Positions 1 to 12,039 of a DNA stretch of 64,000 nt are shown here, one piece after another; positions within the stretch are counted from its first letter, which is position 1; each line of letters opens with the position of its first letter. This DNA is from Zootoca vivipara (taxonomy: Eukaryota). The position numbers and the translations under genes were made by a program. Where the stretch lies: positions 3,906,001 to 3,970,000 of the forward strand of contig NC_083277.1 in NCBI RefSeq assembly GCF_963506605.1. Direction: 5' to 3'. A model generated the notes under the pieces. The model was given only the letters and a program-made list of their open reading frames with translations. It made no database searches and was not told where the DNA came from.

Positions 1-1476
1 CCGTATGGATTCTGTGATGAGAGGTAAGACTTGAATTCCAACTGAAGGTCTTTCCACATTCCAGACATTTAAATGGTTTTGCTCCTGTGTGGATTCGCTG
101 ATGGGAAGTAAGGTGTGTTCTCTGATGGAAGCTCTTCCCACAATCCAAGCACTTATACGGTTTCTCCCCTGTGTGGATTCTCTGATGTAAAGTGAGGTTT
201 CGGCTCTGACGGAAGCTCTTTCCACAGTGCAAGCATTTAAATGGTTTCTCCTCTTTGTGAATTATTTGATGCCTGTTAAGAAGTGTGCCATCACTGAAGC
301 TCTTTCCACACTCCAAGCATTTGTAAGGTTTCTCTCCTGTGTGGCTTCTCTGATGTAAAATAAGCTGTGTGCTGTTACTGAAGCACTTCCCACACTCCAG
401 ACATGTGTATGGCTTCTGTCTTGTGGCACCTCTGTGTATTCTCTGATGTGAAGTAAGACTTGACCTCTGACTGTAGCACTTTCCACATTCCAAGCATTTA
501 AATGGTTTCTCCCCTGTGTGGATTATCTGATGTCTAGTAAGGAGAGTGCTCTCTGAGAAGCTCTTTCCACACTCTGAACACTTAAAAGGTTTCTCTCCTG
601 TGTGAGTCTTATGATGTGAGGCAAGTTGTGTGGTAGTACAGAAGCTCTTCCCACACTCCACACACTTATGTGGTTTCTCTCCTGTGTGAATCCTGTAATG
701 TGAAGTAAAATTTGAATTCCAGCTGAAGCTCATTCCACATTCCAAGCATTTAAATGGCTTCTCCCCTGTATGGATTCGTTGATGGGAAGTAAGGTGTGTT
801 CTCCGGTGGAAGTTCTTCCCACAATCCAAGCACTTGTAGGGCCTCTCCCCTGTGTGTATTCTCTGGTGCAAAGCAAGGTTTCTGCTCTGATGGAAGCTCT
901 TCCCACATTCCAAGCACGTAAATGGCTTCTCCCCTGTGTGGATTATCTGATGTCTAGTAAGGAGTGTGCTATCACAGAAGTTCTTTCCACATTCCAAGCA
1001 CTTGTACGGCTTCTCCCCTGTGTGGATCCGCTGGTGTGAAGTCAGATTTGAATTCCAACTGAAGCTCTTTCCACATTCCAAGCACTTGTACGGCTTCTCC
1101 CCTGTGTGGATCCGTTGATGGGAAGTCAGGTTTCTGCTCTGGCGGAAGCTCTTTCCACACTCTGAACATTTATATGGTTTCTCTCCAGTGTGCGTTCTGC
1201 AATGGACAGCAAGGAGAGACTTAGAACTGAAAGCTTTCCCACAAAAAGGGCACTCGTACCTCTTTTTCCCCTTGTGGTGTTTATATTGTACTGGGGTTTC
1301 ATGAAGGTCATCAGCAAGAGACACAATGGATTTATCTCTCCAGTTCTCTGTCTGGTTTTCTTCCTGCCTCCTTGATTCATCTTGAGCACTGAAGGTCTCA
1401 CCCCCCAATTCATGCACGGCTGCTTCCGGTGGCACCCGATGTGGTTCTCTACAACCACAATTCTCCTGTCCATCAC
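1..1476 (-). CDS. G1 terminal exon: spacer plus at least 15 tandem C2H2 zinc fingers (truncated by window edge)
   Basis: Minus-strand acceptor ctttattctagcag|GT GAT at 1476 (phase 1). Frame stays open to position 1 with repeating CxxCGKSF...[11 protein letters not shown] units at 84-bp spacing. Absent from the ORF track because no stop occurs in the window. Confidence 0.95.
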
Positions 1477-1749
1477 CTGCTAGAATAAAGAGAGAATCAC
1501 AATAAGAAGAGAAATAAGAATCAGTTGGCCGTTCTTTCGGTATTAATTTCATATACATGTGTGGAGTGTCCCTGAAAAAATTAAATGAAAAGCTGCAAAA
1601 GCTCCCCCAGGAAAGCTGTTACTACAACATTGTTCAGACTGCTCAGGAACAATGATACTCAATAATTTAAAGCTTTTAGGTTAGCTAACCTTCTGTTTAA
1701 GTAACGTTAACTTTATCTTGGGGAAATTATCCCCGACTGCTCATTTTAA

Positions 1750-2093
1750 AAAATTCTTTCAGTAGCACCTTAAAGACCAACTAAGTTTTTATTTTGGTAT
1801 GAGCTTTCGTGTGCATGCACACTTCCTCAGATACACATGAAACAGAAAAGTCAGACCCTTATGTATATTCAGAGGGTGGTGGGGGTGGGTGGGAATGGGT
1901 GATGGGCTGGTGGGAGTGGTAAACCTGTAGATGGCTGTTAACGACTGCTGATGACTGCAATTAGTCCTGGGGGGGGGAGCAAGGGCCGAGGCGCTAAAGA
2001 AAGCTTGATCATGCATAATGAGATAAGAATCCGATGTCTTTATTCATCCCAGGTGGCTCCATGGTTTTAAGCTTGGTAATGAGTTCCAATTCA
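1750..2093 (-). mobile_element. Penelope-like element 3' fragment (pLTR with hammerhead motif)
   Basis: Reverse complement of the 3' end of the GIY-YIG-bearing element at 51840-52200. Confidence 0.8.
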
Positions 2094-2759
2094 TTTAAGT
2101 TTATGTTTAGTTCCTGATAGCTTTTCCTAGCTTCTATTTAGTTATTATGAACTTATTCTTGTAGCAATTTCCCTCTGAGGAAACAGACATTATGTCCAGT
2201 GAAATGAGTAATGAGCCGGCATCTCGTCAGGGTTGACTTTAGTTCAGAGGTTATTTTGTAAATTTATGTCCTTATCTTATCTAATCTCTTGAGAGGTTTA
2301 TACCCATTATATTCTTTGAGTGGTGTTTGGTTTAAGTTCAGTATTTTTCACTTAATTACATCTCGTTTCAGGGATTTGTCACGGCTGGGTTCTAATTTTT
2401 ATATTATATAAAAATTCTTATTATATATTCTTATTATATATGCTGTAACAGTCTTTTTTGCCAGCATTTGCCTTCAGGAGCAGTAAAGCTCTGCTGGATG
2501 AAATATAATTGCCTCTATTGGGGGTGGGGGATCCTGCAACATGTTTAAGCTTTTACTCCGCTAACTATACATTGGAATCTACTCTGGATCAATACTGAGC
2601 AGAATTTCAATGACTATTTCAACCCCCACAAGAACCATTCTGCAAACAACACAACTACTACAGAGATGGTTCTTTCCTCATCCCGTTCAACCTGATCATG
2701 AATTCGTCTGGAGAATGGACACGTCAACTGCCTCTACAGCAATATCAAATAAAGACACA

Positions 2760-3002
2760 GGTATACTTTGGCCACCTCATGAGAAGAGAAGAATTCTTGG
2801 AAAAGACCCTGATGTTGGGAAAGATTGAGGGCACTAGGAGAAGGGGATGACAGAGGACGAGATGGTTGGACAGTGTTCTCGAAGCTACGAACATGAGTTT
2901 GACCAAACTGTGGGATGCAGTGGAAGACAGGAGTGCCTGGCATGCTCTGGTCCATGGGGTCACGAAGAGTCAGACATGACTAAACGACTAAACAACAACA
3001 AC
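2760..3002 (+). mobile_element. BovB/RTE LINE 3' fragment
   Basis: Matches the 3' end of the RT-bearing copy at 29490-30570; ends in cgactaaacaacaac. Confidence 0.9.
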
Positions 3003-3010
3003 ATACTTAC

Positions 3011-3086
3011 CCAGAGAGGTCTCATTCCCACAGTTCTCCAGGGTGACTTCCTCGCACGCATCCATCTCCTCAGAGGATGGTGGAAC
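3011..3086 (-). CDS. G1 shortened, divergent KRAB-A-like exon (VPPSSEEMDACEEVTLENCGNETSL|G)
   Basis: Acceptor ctttctccag| and donor G|gtaagt; phase 0 to 1, matching the ZNF exon. C-terminal half resembles KRAB-A EVMLENYGNVASLG. Length is 76 bp instead of the usual 127. Confidence 0.7.
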
Positions 3087-3629
3087 CTGGAGAAAGAAAG
3101 CATAACATATCATTATTTATTATTTATATCCCGCCCATCTGGCTGGGTTTCCCCTGCCACTCTGGGCGGCTTCCAACAAATACCAAAATACATTAAAATA
3201 TCACAGATTAAAAACTTTCCTAAACAGGGCTGCTTCAGGTGTTTTCTAAATGTCAGGTAGTTCTTCTTCTCCTTGACCTCCGATGGAAGGGCGTTCCACA
3301 GGGCAGGCGCCATTACCGAGAAGGCCCTCTGCCTGGTACGGCCAAGCCTGATGGATCGAGCCAAAGGGCTATGTGTTACTACAGCATCCTGTTCTCACAG
3401 TGACCAGCCAGATGCCCAAAATCAGAACGTGAGGCTAAGCTTAGCCAGAATGGCCAAAGCAGGCCTAGGACTGGCCAGTTCATTCCTCTTTGGAAACAAC
3501 TCTCTCCCTACCTACGATTGCCAGCGATTTGTATTTACAGAGGTACAAAATTGAATATTTTTTGGCTGGTGGTCTTAATGTTTTCATAGCAACGTACTCC
3601 TTTCTCTCTTTTTTGCAGCCTTTATTGTC

Positions 3630-4012
3630 TGTCAGGGAGGATTCGGAGGAGCAACGGACAGGAGGCGGAACAGAGGCTCAGGGATGCTGAAGAGCCCCAC
3701 AGCCGTCCAGAGACAGAGGAAGCGGGAGAGAATAGCCAGGGAGAGCAGGGGCTCAGGGATGCTGGGGAGCCCTGCAACCAACCAGAGGCTCCGGTGGAAG
3801 GAAGCACAGACAAGGAGGGAAATGAAGCTTAAGGATCAAAGACGTCTCCCACTTTGTTGGCACAGCAATCGTAGGAAGCCACTCCCCGAATCTGACTCAA
3901 TGGGTTCGGACGCGTAATTCTGAGCTGTTTCTTGTATATATGTAATAAAGACTGTAAATACCAAGCTGACTGTGCCGGAGTGTTACTGCGAAGGGGAAAC
4001 ACCACCTTTACA
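3630..4012 (+). mobile_element. Solo LTR
   Basis: TGT...ACA termini, 5-bp TSD ttgtc (3625-3629 and 4013-4017), internal AATAAA near the 3' end. Confidence 0.8.
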
Positions 4013-5429
4013 TTGTCAGACTTCCTGTGTATAAAAAGGGGGTCTCTACCCTGAATGGCAACCCTTCCCAGTTTTCATAGATTCATAGAATCTTAGAGTT
4101 TGAAGAGACCGACCCCCTGCAATGCAGGAATATGCAGCTGTCCCATGCGGGGATCGAACCTGCAACCTCAAGGACCGCCTCTTTCCATATGAACCTACCC
4201 TGACTCTGAGATCATCTTCTGAGGCCCTTCTTCATGTGCTTCCTCCTCTAGAGGTCAGGAGGGTGGCAACACGAGAAAGGGCCTTCTCTGCAGTGGCTCC
4301 TCGTCTGTGGAATGCTCTCCCCAGGGAAGTTCACCTGGCACTGTCATTATACACATTTAAGTGCCAGGCAAAAACGTTCCTTTTTAAGCAGGCCTTCGGT
4401 TGACCTGACAGACATCCTATCAATCTTTGGCTCTTTGGGTGGGGGGTGTTATAGGGTTATTGTTCTTATTTTGATTTTATATATTGTGATCTTTTCTGTG
4501 AACTGCCCTGAGACCTCCAGGTATAGGACGGTATATAAATTCAATAAATAAATAAAATAAAATAAAAATAAACAAACCTTGGCCTTATCAGCACCATGCT
4601 CTAACCAACGGAGCTATCATTTTTATTTTTCTCCCACACAGGGTGGCAAACAAAAAAACAATAAAAAATACATGATTCGAAGAACAATGGCAGAACATTT
4701 GGGTGCCCTTTGCCAAATTTTAGAATTAAATCCAAAAACTGCTAATAAAAGACTCATGTAAGCAGAGTTGATTGCAATACTGTTAATATCTATGCAGATC
4801 ACACCTTTTAATTCCAAATACATTTATAAGGAAGAGTGTAACACATAGGTAAAATAGTGGCACAATGCCTTCATAAAAGGAATACGCTATAAAGTAAATA
4901 AAAATATATATATAAGGAAAAGGCATTCAACATCTAGCATAACATTGCAATTGCTACAACAGGCAGAAAATAAAAAAATCCGTGGTCCACAAAACGTCTC
5001 TGCCATTTTCAAGCAGTCTGTTGAAGGGGAGGGGAGGGTGGGCTCACTGGCCTCAGGCAACCTTTTTTGCAAACTGATGTTCTCAATATGTTGCTCCCAA
5101 CCATGCCTGACTGGGACTGATGGGAGTCAGTAGTCTGAGTGGCAGTGTGGTGTAGTGGTCAGAACTTCAGGCTAGGATCTGAGAGGGTTTAAATACCCAC
5201 TCAGCCCTGACGCTCAGCGGGTGGCAAGTCACTGCAGCCTCTCAGCCTTACCTACCTGGCAGGGTTGTTGGGGAGATTAACATGGGCATGGGAAAAGAGC
5301 AGCCTGCTGGATCAGGCCAATGGCCCATCTAGTCCAGCATCCTGTTCTCTCTACGGCTGATCAGCTACCTGAATGGGAAAGCAGAAGTGTTGCTGCCTCC
5401 AGCATTAAACGACTGGGGGAGAGGGCCAT

Positions 5430-6875
5430 GAACGCCACCTTGAACTCCTTGGGAAGGATGAAATATGGTACATAACTGTTCAAATGTCTGGATGGCTACG
5501 TGGGAGCCGGTTGAAGTTAAATCCTTCAAAGACAGAGGTCCTTTGGCTGGGTCAAGACGATAAGGGGTTGGGGGGGCCCAACTCCCATCCCTTGCGGGGT
5601 GCAACTAGTGCCAGCACCTTCCGTCTAGAATTTGGGAGTAATCTTTGATGACGCCTCCCTTTCTATGGAGGTTACAGCTATACCGAAAGCAGCCTTTTTT
5701 CCATCTCCATCAAGCTAAGCATTTGGTCCCTTACCTCTCTCTCCCTGATGTAGCCACTGTGGTCCATGTGACAGTCACCTCCAGGCTTGATTAATGTAAA
5801 TTACTCTATGTGGGGCTGCCCTTCATAGCTGCCAAGTACCCCGTTTTCCCCGGGAAACCCTCGTTTTTACTTACCTTTTCCCGGTGGTCCCCCGTATCAC
5901 TTTGTCTCCCGTTTTTCTCCGTTATTTTCTCCTGCCGGCAGCCATTTTTTTTCTTTCCGATTTGCCCTTCTATGGGCACCAAAAATGGCCGCCGCCGGCT
6001 TCAAAAGTTACATCTACACATGTCCGGAAGTGCATAGACGTGACTTCCGCTGTCGGCGGCGGCCATTTTTGGTGCCCATAGATGGGCGGAGCGACACCGG
6101 AAGTTATGTCGACGCAACTTCCGGTGTCACACGGCTGCCAGTCCCGGATTCTGCAGTCCGGGACTTGGAAGGTAAGCTGCCCTTGAAACTGACCCATAAA
6201 CTCCAGCAGGTGCAGAACGCTGCGGCAAGACTCCTTATGGGGTCTTCGCTGCAGAATCATATTCACCCAGTGCTATACCAGCTGCACTGGCTCCCGGTGG
6301 AGTACAGGATCAGGTTTAAGGTGCTGGTTTTTAACCTTTAAAGCCCTATACGGCCTAGGACCCTCGTACCTACAGGACCGCCTCTCCTGATATGTCCCCA
6401 CAGAGGACCTTACGGTCTGCAAATTACAACACCCTGAAGATCCCGGGTCGCAGGGAGATTAGACAGGCCTCGAACAGAGCCAGGGCCTTTTCAGCCGTGG
6501 CCCCGGCCCGGTGGAATGCTCTCTCACAAGAGACCAGGGCCCTGCGAGATTTGACATCCTTCCACAGGTCCTGCAAGATGGAGCTGTTCCGCAGGGTTGA
6601 GTCTGACTCATTTTCTCTTGTATAAGAACAAGCACGAAGGAGGTTTCCCAGCCCGCTCACAGGTCCTTATAATATGGCAAGTATTAACCGCTTTCAGTTT
6701 TAACCTGAGGATTGTCATTTGTCCAGTTTTGATTCTAATTTTAACTTATTTGAATTAATTTTGGGGTGCATTTTAATCGATTGATTGCTTGTTTTTTATG
6801 TATATTGTATTATTTACATGATGTTAGCCGCTCTGAGCCTGGATCCGGCAGGGGAGGGCAGGCTATAAATAATAA

Positions 6876-6880
<5 letters not shown>
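5430..6880 (+). mobile_element. L2-type LINE 3' fragment interrupted by a MITE-like insert (~5823-6170)
   Basis: Decayed KLQQVQNAAARLL...LHWLPV motif shared with the L2 copy at 57951-58700. Insert begins catagctgccaag, like the hAT MITEs elsewhere in the window. Confidence 0.75.
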
Positions 6881-6922
<42 letters not shown>

Positions 6923-7136
6923 GATACATGCAATAAATAAGTAATAAATCAATTTAGAGCATTTGGGCCTGCGTCCCTTTATCCAACTATCCCTCTGATG
7001 ACTCCTCTGTCTAGCAGAGTACCCCCTTCCAGGGGTCCCAGAAATGTTGCCACCTGTCCTGTATAATACAGGATTGTCCCGATTTCAATGTAATATGCTA
7101 CATCTTGTATTGATATAGCTTTGTCCTGCATTTCAG

Positions 7137-7190
<54 letters not shown>

Positions 7191-7354
7191 TGTGTGTGTC
7201 TGCCAAGTTAGGGATCCTCTCCAAATGCCTGTGTTTGGTAGGGTGAGTGAAAGGTCATGGAATCTAGACTTGGAAGGGAGAACCAAGGGTCATCAAGCCC
7301 AACCCTCTGCAGGTCAGAGTAGCTCTGGGTAGCCAAACACAGATTTACTCTACT

Positions 7355-7782
7355 TACAGGTAGGTAGCCGTGTTGGTCTGCCGTACTCGAAACAAAATTA
7401 AAAAATTCCTTCCAGTAGCACCTTGTTGTTGTTTAGTCATTTAGTCGTGTCCGACTCTTCGTGACCCCATGGACCAGAGCGTGCCAGGCACTCCTGTCTT
7501 CCACTGCCTCCCGCAGTTTGGTCAAACTCATGTTCGTAGCTTCGAGAGCAAACTTAGTTGGTCTCTAAGGTGCTACTGGACAGTGTTCCAGTAGCACCTT
7601 AGAGAACAACTAAGTTTGTCATAGGTATGAGCTTTTGTGTGCATGCATGAGCTTTTCTGTGCATGCAGACTTCTTCAGATACACTGAAACAGAAGTGTGC
7701 ATGCACACGAAAGCTCATACCAATGACAAACTTAGTTGGTCTCTAAGGTGCTACTGGAAGGAATTTTTTATTTTGTTTCGAC
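7355..7782. mobile_element. Short Penelope-derived inverted pLTR pair with nested BovB tail (7423-7547)
   Basis: agtagcaccttagag...aactaagtttgtcataggtatgagc and its reverse complement; BovB tail on the minus strand inside. Confidence 0.7.
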
Positions 7783-7789
7783 AGATTTA

Positions 7790-7851
<62 letters not shown>

Positions 7852-7999
7852 TTCCAGAGGGACCCTGGACCCATCCTGTTAGGCTGCTAGATTGTAATGG
7901 ATTGCTTCGGAGTCACCAGATGAAAACAAAAAACCAAACACGCCCCACAACCAGCCCACCCCATATTTTGCCAGAACAAAGCTCCTGGGCAATGAAGGG

Positions 8000-8700
8000 C
8001 CTTACCCAGCTTCAAAAAGACCCCCACCCCAGTTTAGCAAGAGGGGGGGGGTCGGGGATTGAACCTGCTGCAACCCTGCGCATTGCGGGAAAGTGCCCAG
8101 CTCCCTTCTTCCCCCAACCCCTACACCCCCTCTCCTCCTTTTCCTTGGGGTGGGGAGGGGAGTCTCACTCCAGGACAGAGCAATCCCTTCCCTCAACCCC
8201 CCCAGCCCCTTTCCACTCACCTTTCCAGCTCCCCCCAAAAAATGGTGGTGGGGGGCAGCAGAGTAGAGAAAGGATGGAAAGAAAGGACACCCACCCCACA
8301 CCAGCTGACACCCTGTGGCCTCTCTAGGAATGCAAGAGCCCCTCCCACTCCTCCTCAATAAAGAAAAATGATTGGAGGAGGAGGAGGAGGAGGAGGCAGG
8401 GATGGCCGGAAACGAGAGGGAGAGTGCTGCTTCATAGAGAGGCAGCACTTCCGCCCCCTCCCCGTGGGAAAGGAGCCGGGTATTGTCCCACGCCCAGCGC
8501 GACGCGCCTCTGCTTCTGCCTTCTTGGCAAGAGAGCGTGTGGGTGCAAAGGGCCTTTTGGGGTGCAAGGGAACTGGGGCGGGGTCGTGGGGAGGGAGGAA
8601 AGGAGCTCTGCTCCAGGCAGGGGGTGGCAACCAGAGAGGCAGGGAGGCCGCTTCTGGGGGAGGTGGGAACATAGGTCATAGGATGCTGCTGCCTGGTGCC
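8000..8700 (-). promoter_or_regulatory. Probable G1 promoter and non-coding first exon
   Basis: GC/CpG-enriched; ETS-like CCGGAA and CACTTCCG; minus-strand donor-like ggtaag at ~8001-8006; minus-strand TTCCTAGAGAGG motif shared with the other promoters. Confidence 0.5.
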
Positions 8701-8765
8701 CTGTCAGGCAATCGGGGCATCCAGCTCACTCCAGGGTTGCCACCTGTCCTGCATAATACAGGTTT

Positions 8766-9773
8766 CATCATCATCATCATCATCATCACCATCATCAATC
8801 TTTACTACGGTCCAGAGACCCAATAAACCGTTACAAAGCAATATACAATTCAGACAGCCTGCCTCCAGGTTAAACAAGCATTTTGTTCAGCCTTAAAGAT
8901 AGGGATCGTTGGTTCTTGCAACTACCGATAAAAACCTTGCCACTGCCAATGTTTTAGCGTTTTACCGGCCTTCCAATAGGAATTTGACATAGTGAGCATC
9001 TGATTTTCCTGGGAAAGGTATCAGTAAGGGTAATAGTTCAACCCTGGCTTGCTTGTATTTCGTGCAGTGCAGCAAAATATGTTTTATTATAGAATCGATG
9101 TCTTGGGCACACGAGCAAAGCCTGTTTTGGTAGGGGACTCCTCTCAACCTACCATCCAACACTCCAGAAGGAAAAACCTCTAGTCCGGCTTTGGTGAATA
9201 ACCTTCCATAATTTCGTACTGTCAGGTTCCTAATGTAAGGTGTTAACTTAAAGATATGCCCATATTGTACTCCTACTGCCAACGGACTACAGACTGCGTG
9301 TATTATCCCATAATCTTTACTTTAATGTTTTAAGAGCGCCTTCATAACCCGGGTAATGAAGGGGGGGTGACAGACCAATAGAGGTGGCTTTTCTAGCCAT
9401 GGTTTCCTGCCATTTGCTGACGAACTCCTCATTGGTCAGATTACAAACCCTTTCCCGATCAAACATTGAAATCCTGAGTCAATGTTTTAGGGCAGCCTTT
9501 AGGGCATGCTTTAGTTGAGACTGGGCATTCACCAGATTCTAACAGAAGTATGGAGTTGGGAACACAGTGAGAGACCTGTAGCAGAGATCGTATAAATTTT
9601 GCCTGAAAGCTGTCTAGCTTAGGCAAGTCCCCATTGTGCCAGACATTGGCAGTGTAAAGGAGTTGAGAAACGGATTTTGCGTTGAAAACCCTTAAAGGCT
9701 GCTGGAACATACTTTGTGAAAAAGAATCTGAGTATGGCTAACTCTTGTGATCTCCACCTTTTGAAGGGAGGTT
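8766..9773 (-). mobile_element. 5'-truncated non-LTR retrotransposon (RTEX-like ORF2 C-terminus)
   Basis: 16-bp TSD tgcataatacaggttt (8750-8765 and 9774-9789); (CAT)n tail; decayed RLCSC...HILLHC zinc knuckle. Confidence 0.75.
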
Positions 9774-10419
9774 TGCATAATACAGGTTTGTCCCGTATTT
9801 CAGTGTGAAATGCCACATGCTGCATTGATACAGTTTTCAGCCACCCCTCTCCCCTCTCTGCCAAGTTAGGGATACTCTCCAAATGCTTGTGTTTGAAAGG
9901 GTGTGTGAAAGTCTAAGATCTGGATAGCGAAACGGAGGCAGATTTGCAAATATGTGTGTGTGACAAATTCCAGAGGCGCCACCCTACAATAGCTTGTAAT
10001 GGATTGCTTTGAAGTCACTTCAGCATCAGATTAAAAAGAAAAGTTTTCCCACCTGTCCTGTATTTTGCCAGAACAAAGGTGGCAGCTGTACTCTACACGG
10101 CCTGGCAATGGTGTCTCTCTTCTGCACGCAAAGCTTCTGTGCTGTAGCCCTTCCAAAAGGGCTCAGCATCAGGGCATCTGTCTTGCATACAGAAGGCGCC
10201 AGGCTAATACATATAACCATAGAATCGTAGAGTTGGAAGGGACCCAAGGGTCATCTAGTCCAACCCCCTGCAATGCAAGAATCTCAGCTAACGCATGCAT
10301 GCCAGGTTGCCATCCTAGCTCTGCTTAGAAACCTCCAAGGAAGGAGAGTCCGCCCACCACCTTGTAAGGGAAGTCCATTCCGCTGCCCAACAGCTGTTAC
10401 TGTCAGATCTTCAGTTTGC

Positions 10420-10900
10420 CAACAGGAGCGCGCATGCGTAAAACTCCCAAGGCTTGCAAAGGGGGTGGGGGCAGGTCCTGCCCCTCAAGTCTTCCGATTT
10501 GGGCAAAGGAGCCCAGCCCTGCTTCCTAGAGAGGCAGGAAGTATGATTCAAAAAGCGAGGGAGGCGGAGGAAGGGGAGAGTGTGTGAGAGAGAGATTGCT
10601 GAAAGGGCGGGACGCCATCCCTAACTCGGCCTGGATAGAGACAAGGAGCTTGGAGCAGGCAAAGGAGAAAGGGGTGCGCAAGGTGGAAGGGGCGGGGGGA
10701 GGGTTTGATTTTGGAGGAGGGTCCAAAGGAGCCCCACCCCCAGCTTCTCTATTTAGGAACCCCGTGATAGAGCAGCGTGGGAAGAGGCGCATTCCTGCAG
10801 TCCACTTGCAACGCGCGCAGTAAAGCGCGCAGCAGTTCCCAGCGCAAGATCCACCGCGAAGCCGCCGCCCTTCCAGTATCAGCGCCGTAGTTTTAGGCTA
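10420..10900 (+). promoter_or_regulatory. CpG-island promoter of G2
   Basis: High CpG; GCGCATGCG (NRF1-like), GGGCGG and CAGGAAGT; shared TTCCTAGAG-n5-GGAAG motif at 10523-10541. Confidence 0.6.
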
Positions 10901-12039
10901 TGGAGATGGAGTAGTGGGGGATTGATGCGGGCAAGACGCCCTTTCTTGGGAGAGAGGGGGAAACGCGAGGAAAATGACTCTGGGTGCTTGCAGGCAGTTT
11001 GCAGACTTCTTCTTAAATATCTCACGGGCTGCCTGTCATATGGAAGAGGGAACCAGCTTGTTTTCTCCTGCTCCAGAGAAGCAATGGATTCAAGTTACAT
11101 GAAAGGAGATACGGAATAACTTGCTGACAGTAAGAGCTGTTCAGCAGTGGAACAGCCTCACACGAGAGGTGGTGGACTCTCCTTCCTTGGAGGTTTCTAA
11201 GCAGAGCTTGGATGGCCACCTGTCAGGGATGCTTGAGCTGAGATTCCTGCATTGCAGAGGGTTGGACTAGATGACCCTTGGGTACCTCCCAACTATAAGA
11301 TTCTATGATTCTCCAGCTGCAAAGTTGTCACCCAACTACCGCACCTTGCTTTCAGCGCAGGATCTTCCGACCCACCCCATTTGGCTCAGGGGACATAGCC
11401 TGGGGGGGGGGGAGTTATATGGCGAGAGGTGGGGCTGGGATTTGCCGTACTGTTTTTTTACATCCAAAACCTTGGTTGGTTGGTCTGGGTTGTTTGTTTA
11501 TCGAATTCATTTCCTACCGTTTCTCCAAGGAACCGAAAGTGACCTACATGGTTCTCTCCTTCCCAGTGCAGGTGCCAGGCTATTTTGCGCCCAGGGCAAT
11601 GCTAACAACTATTTAAGCAGTTTACATCAGTTATAATACAATAAACAAACATACAAACAAACAAACAAATGAAATAAGACCACCAGCTGAGTACTGATGG
11701 AACTCGTCATTCACAGATCATATATATGTAGATCAGTGTTTCCCAGACTTGGGTCTCCTGCTGGGACTACAATTCCCATCATCCTTAACCACTGGTCCTC
11801 CTAGCTAGGGATGATGGGAGTTGTAGTCCAAAAAAAGCAGCTGGAGACCCACGTTTGGGAAACGCATACATAGAGGGAGGAAACAAAAGGATGAAGGATG
11901 AAATCCTCTTCACCCCTGTCTCTCCTTTGCAGGCATTTGCAAGCTACACCCTATTTTAAAGGACATCTTCACAACAACTCTGGGTGTCCCAGGAGTGGTC
12001 CAGTTTAGGCCTCTTCTTTCATCTCCTCCTGGCAGCACA

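Noticed and set aside
7635-8826. ORFs of 150-230 aa in the G1 promoter region
   Set aside because: They run through Penelope sequence, microsatellites and GC-rich promoter DNA, with low complexity and no domain.
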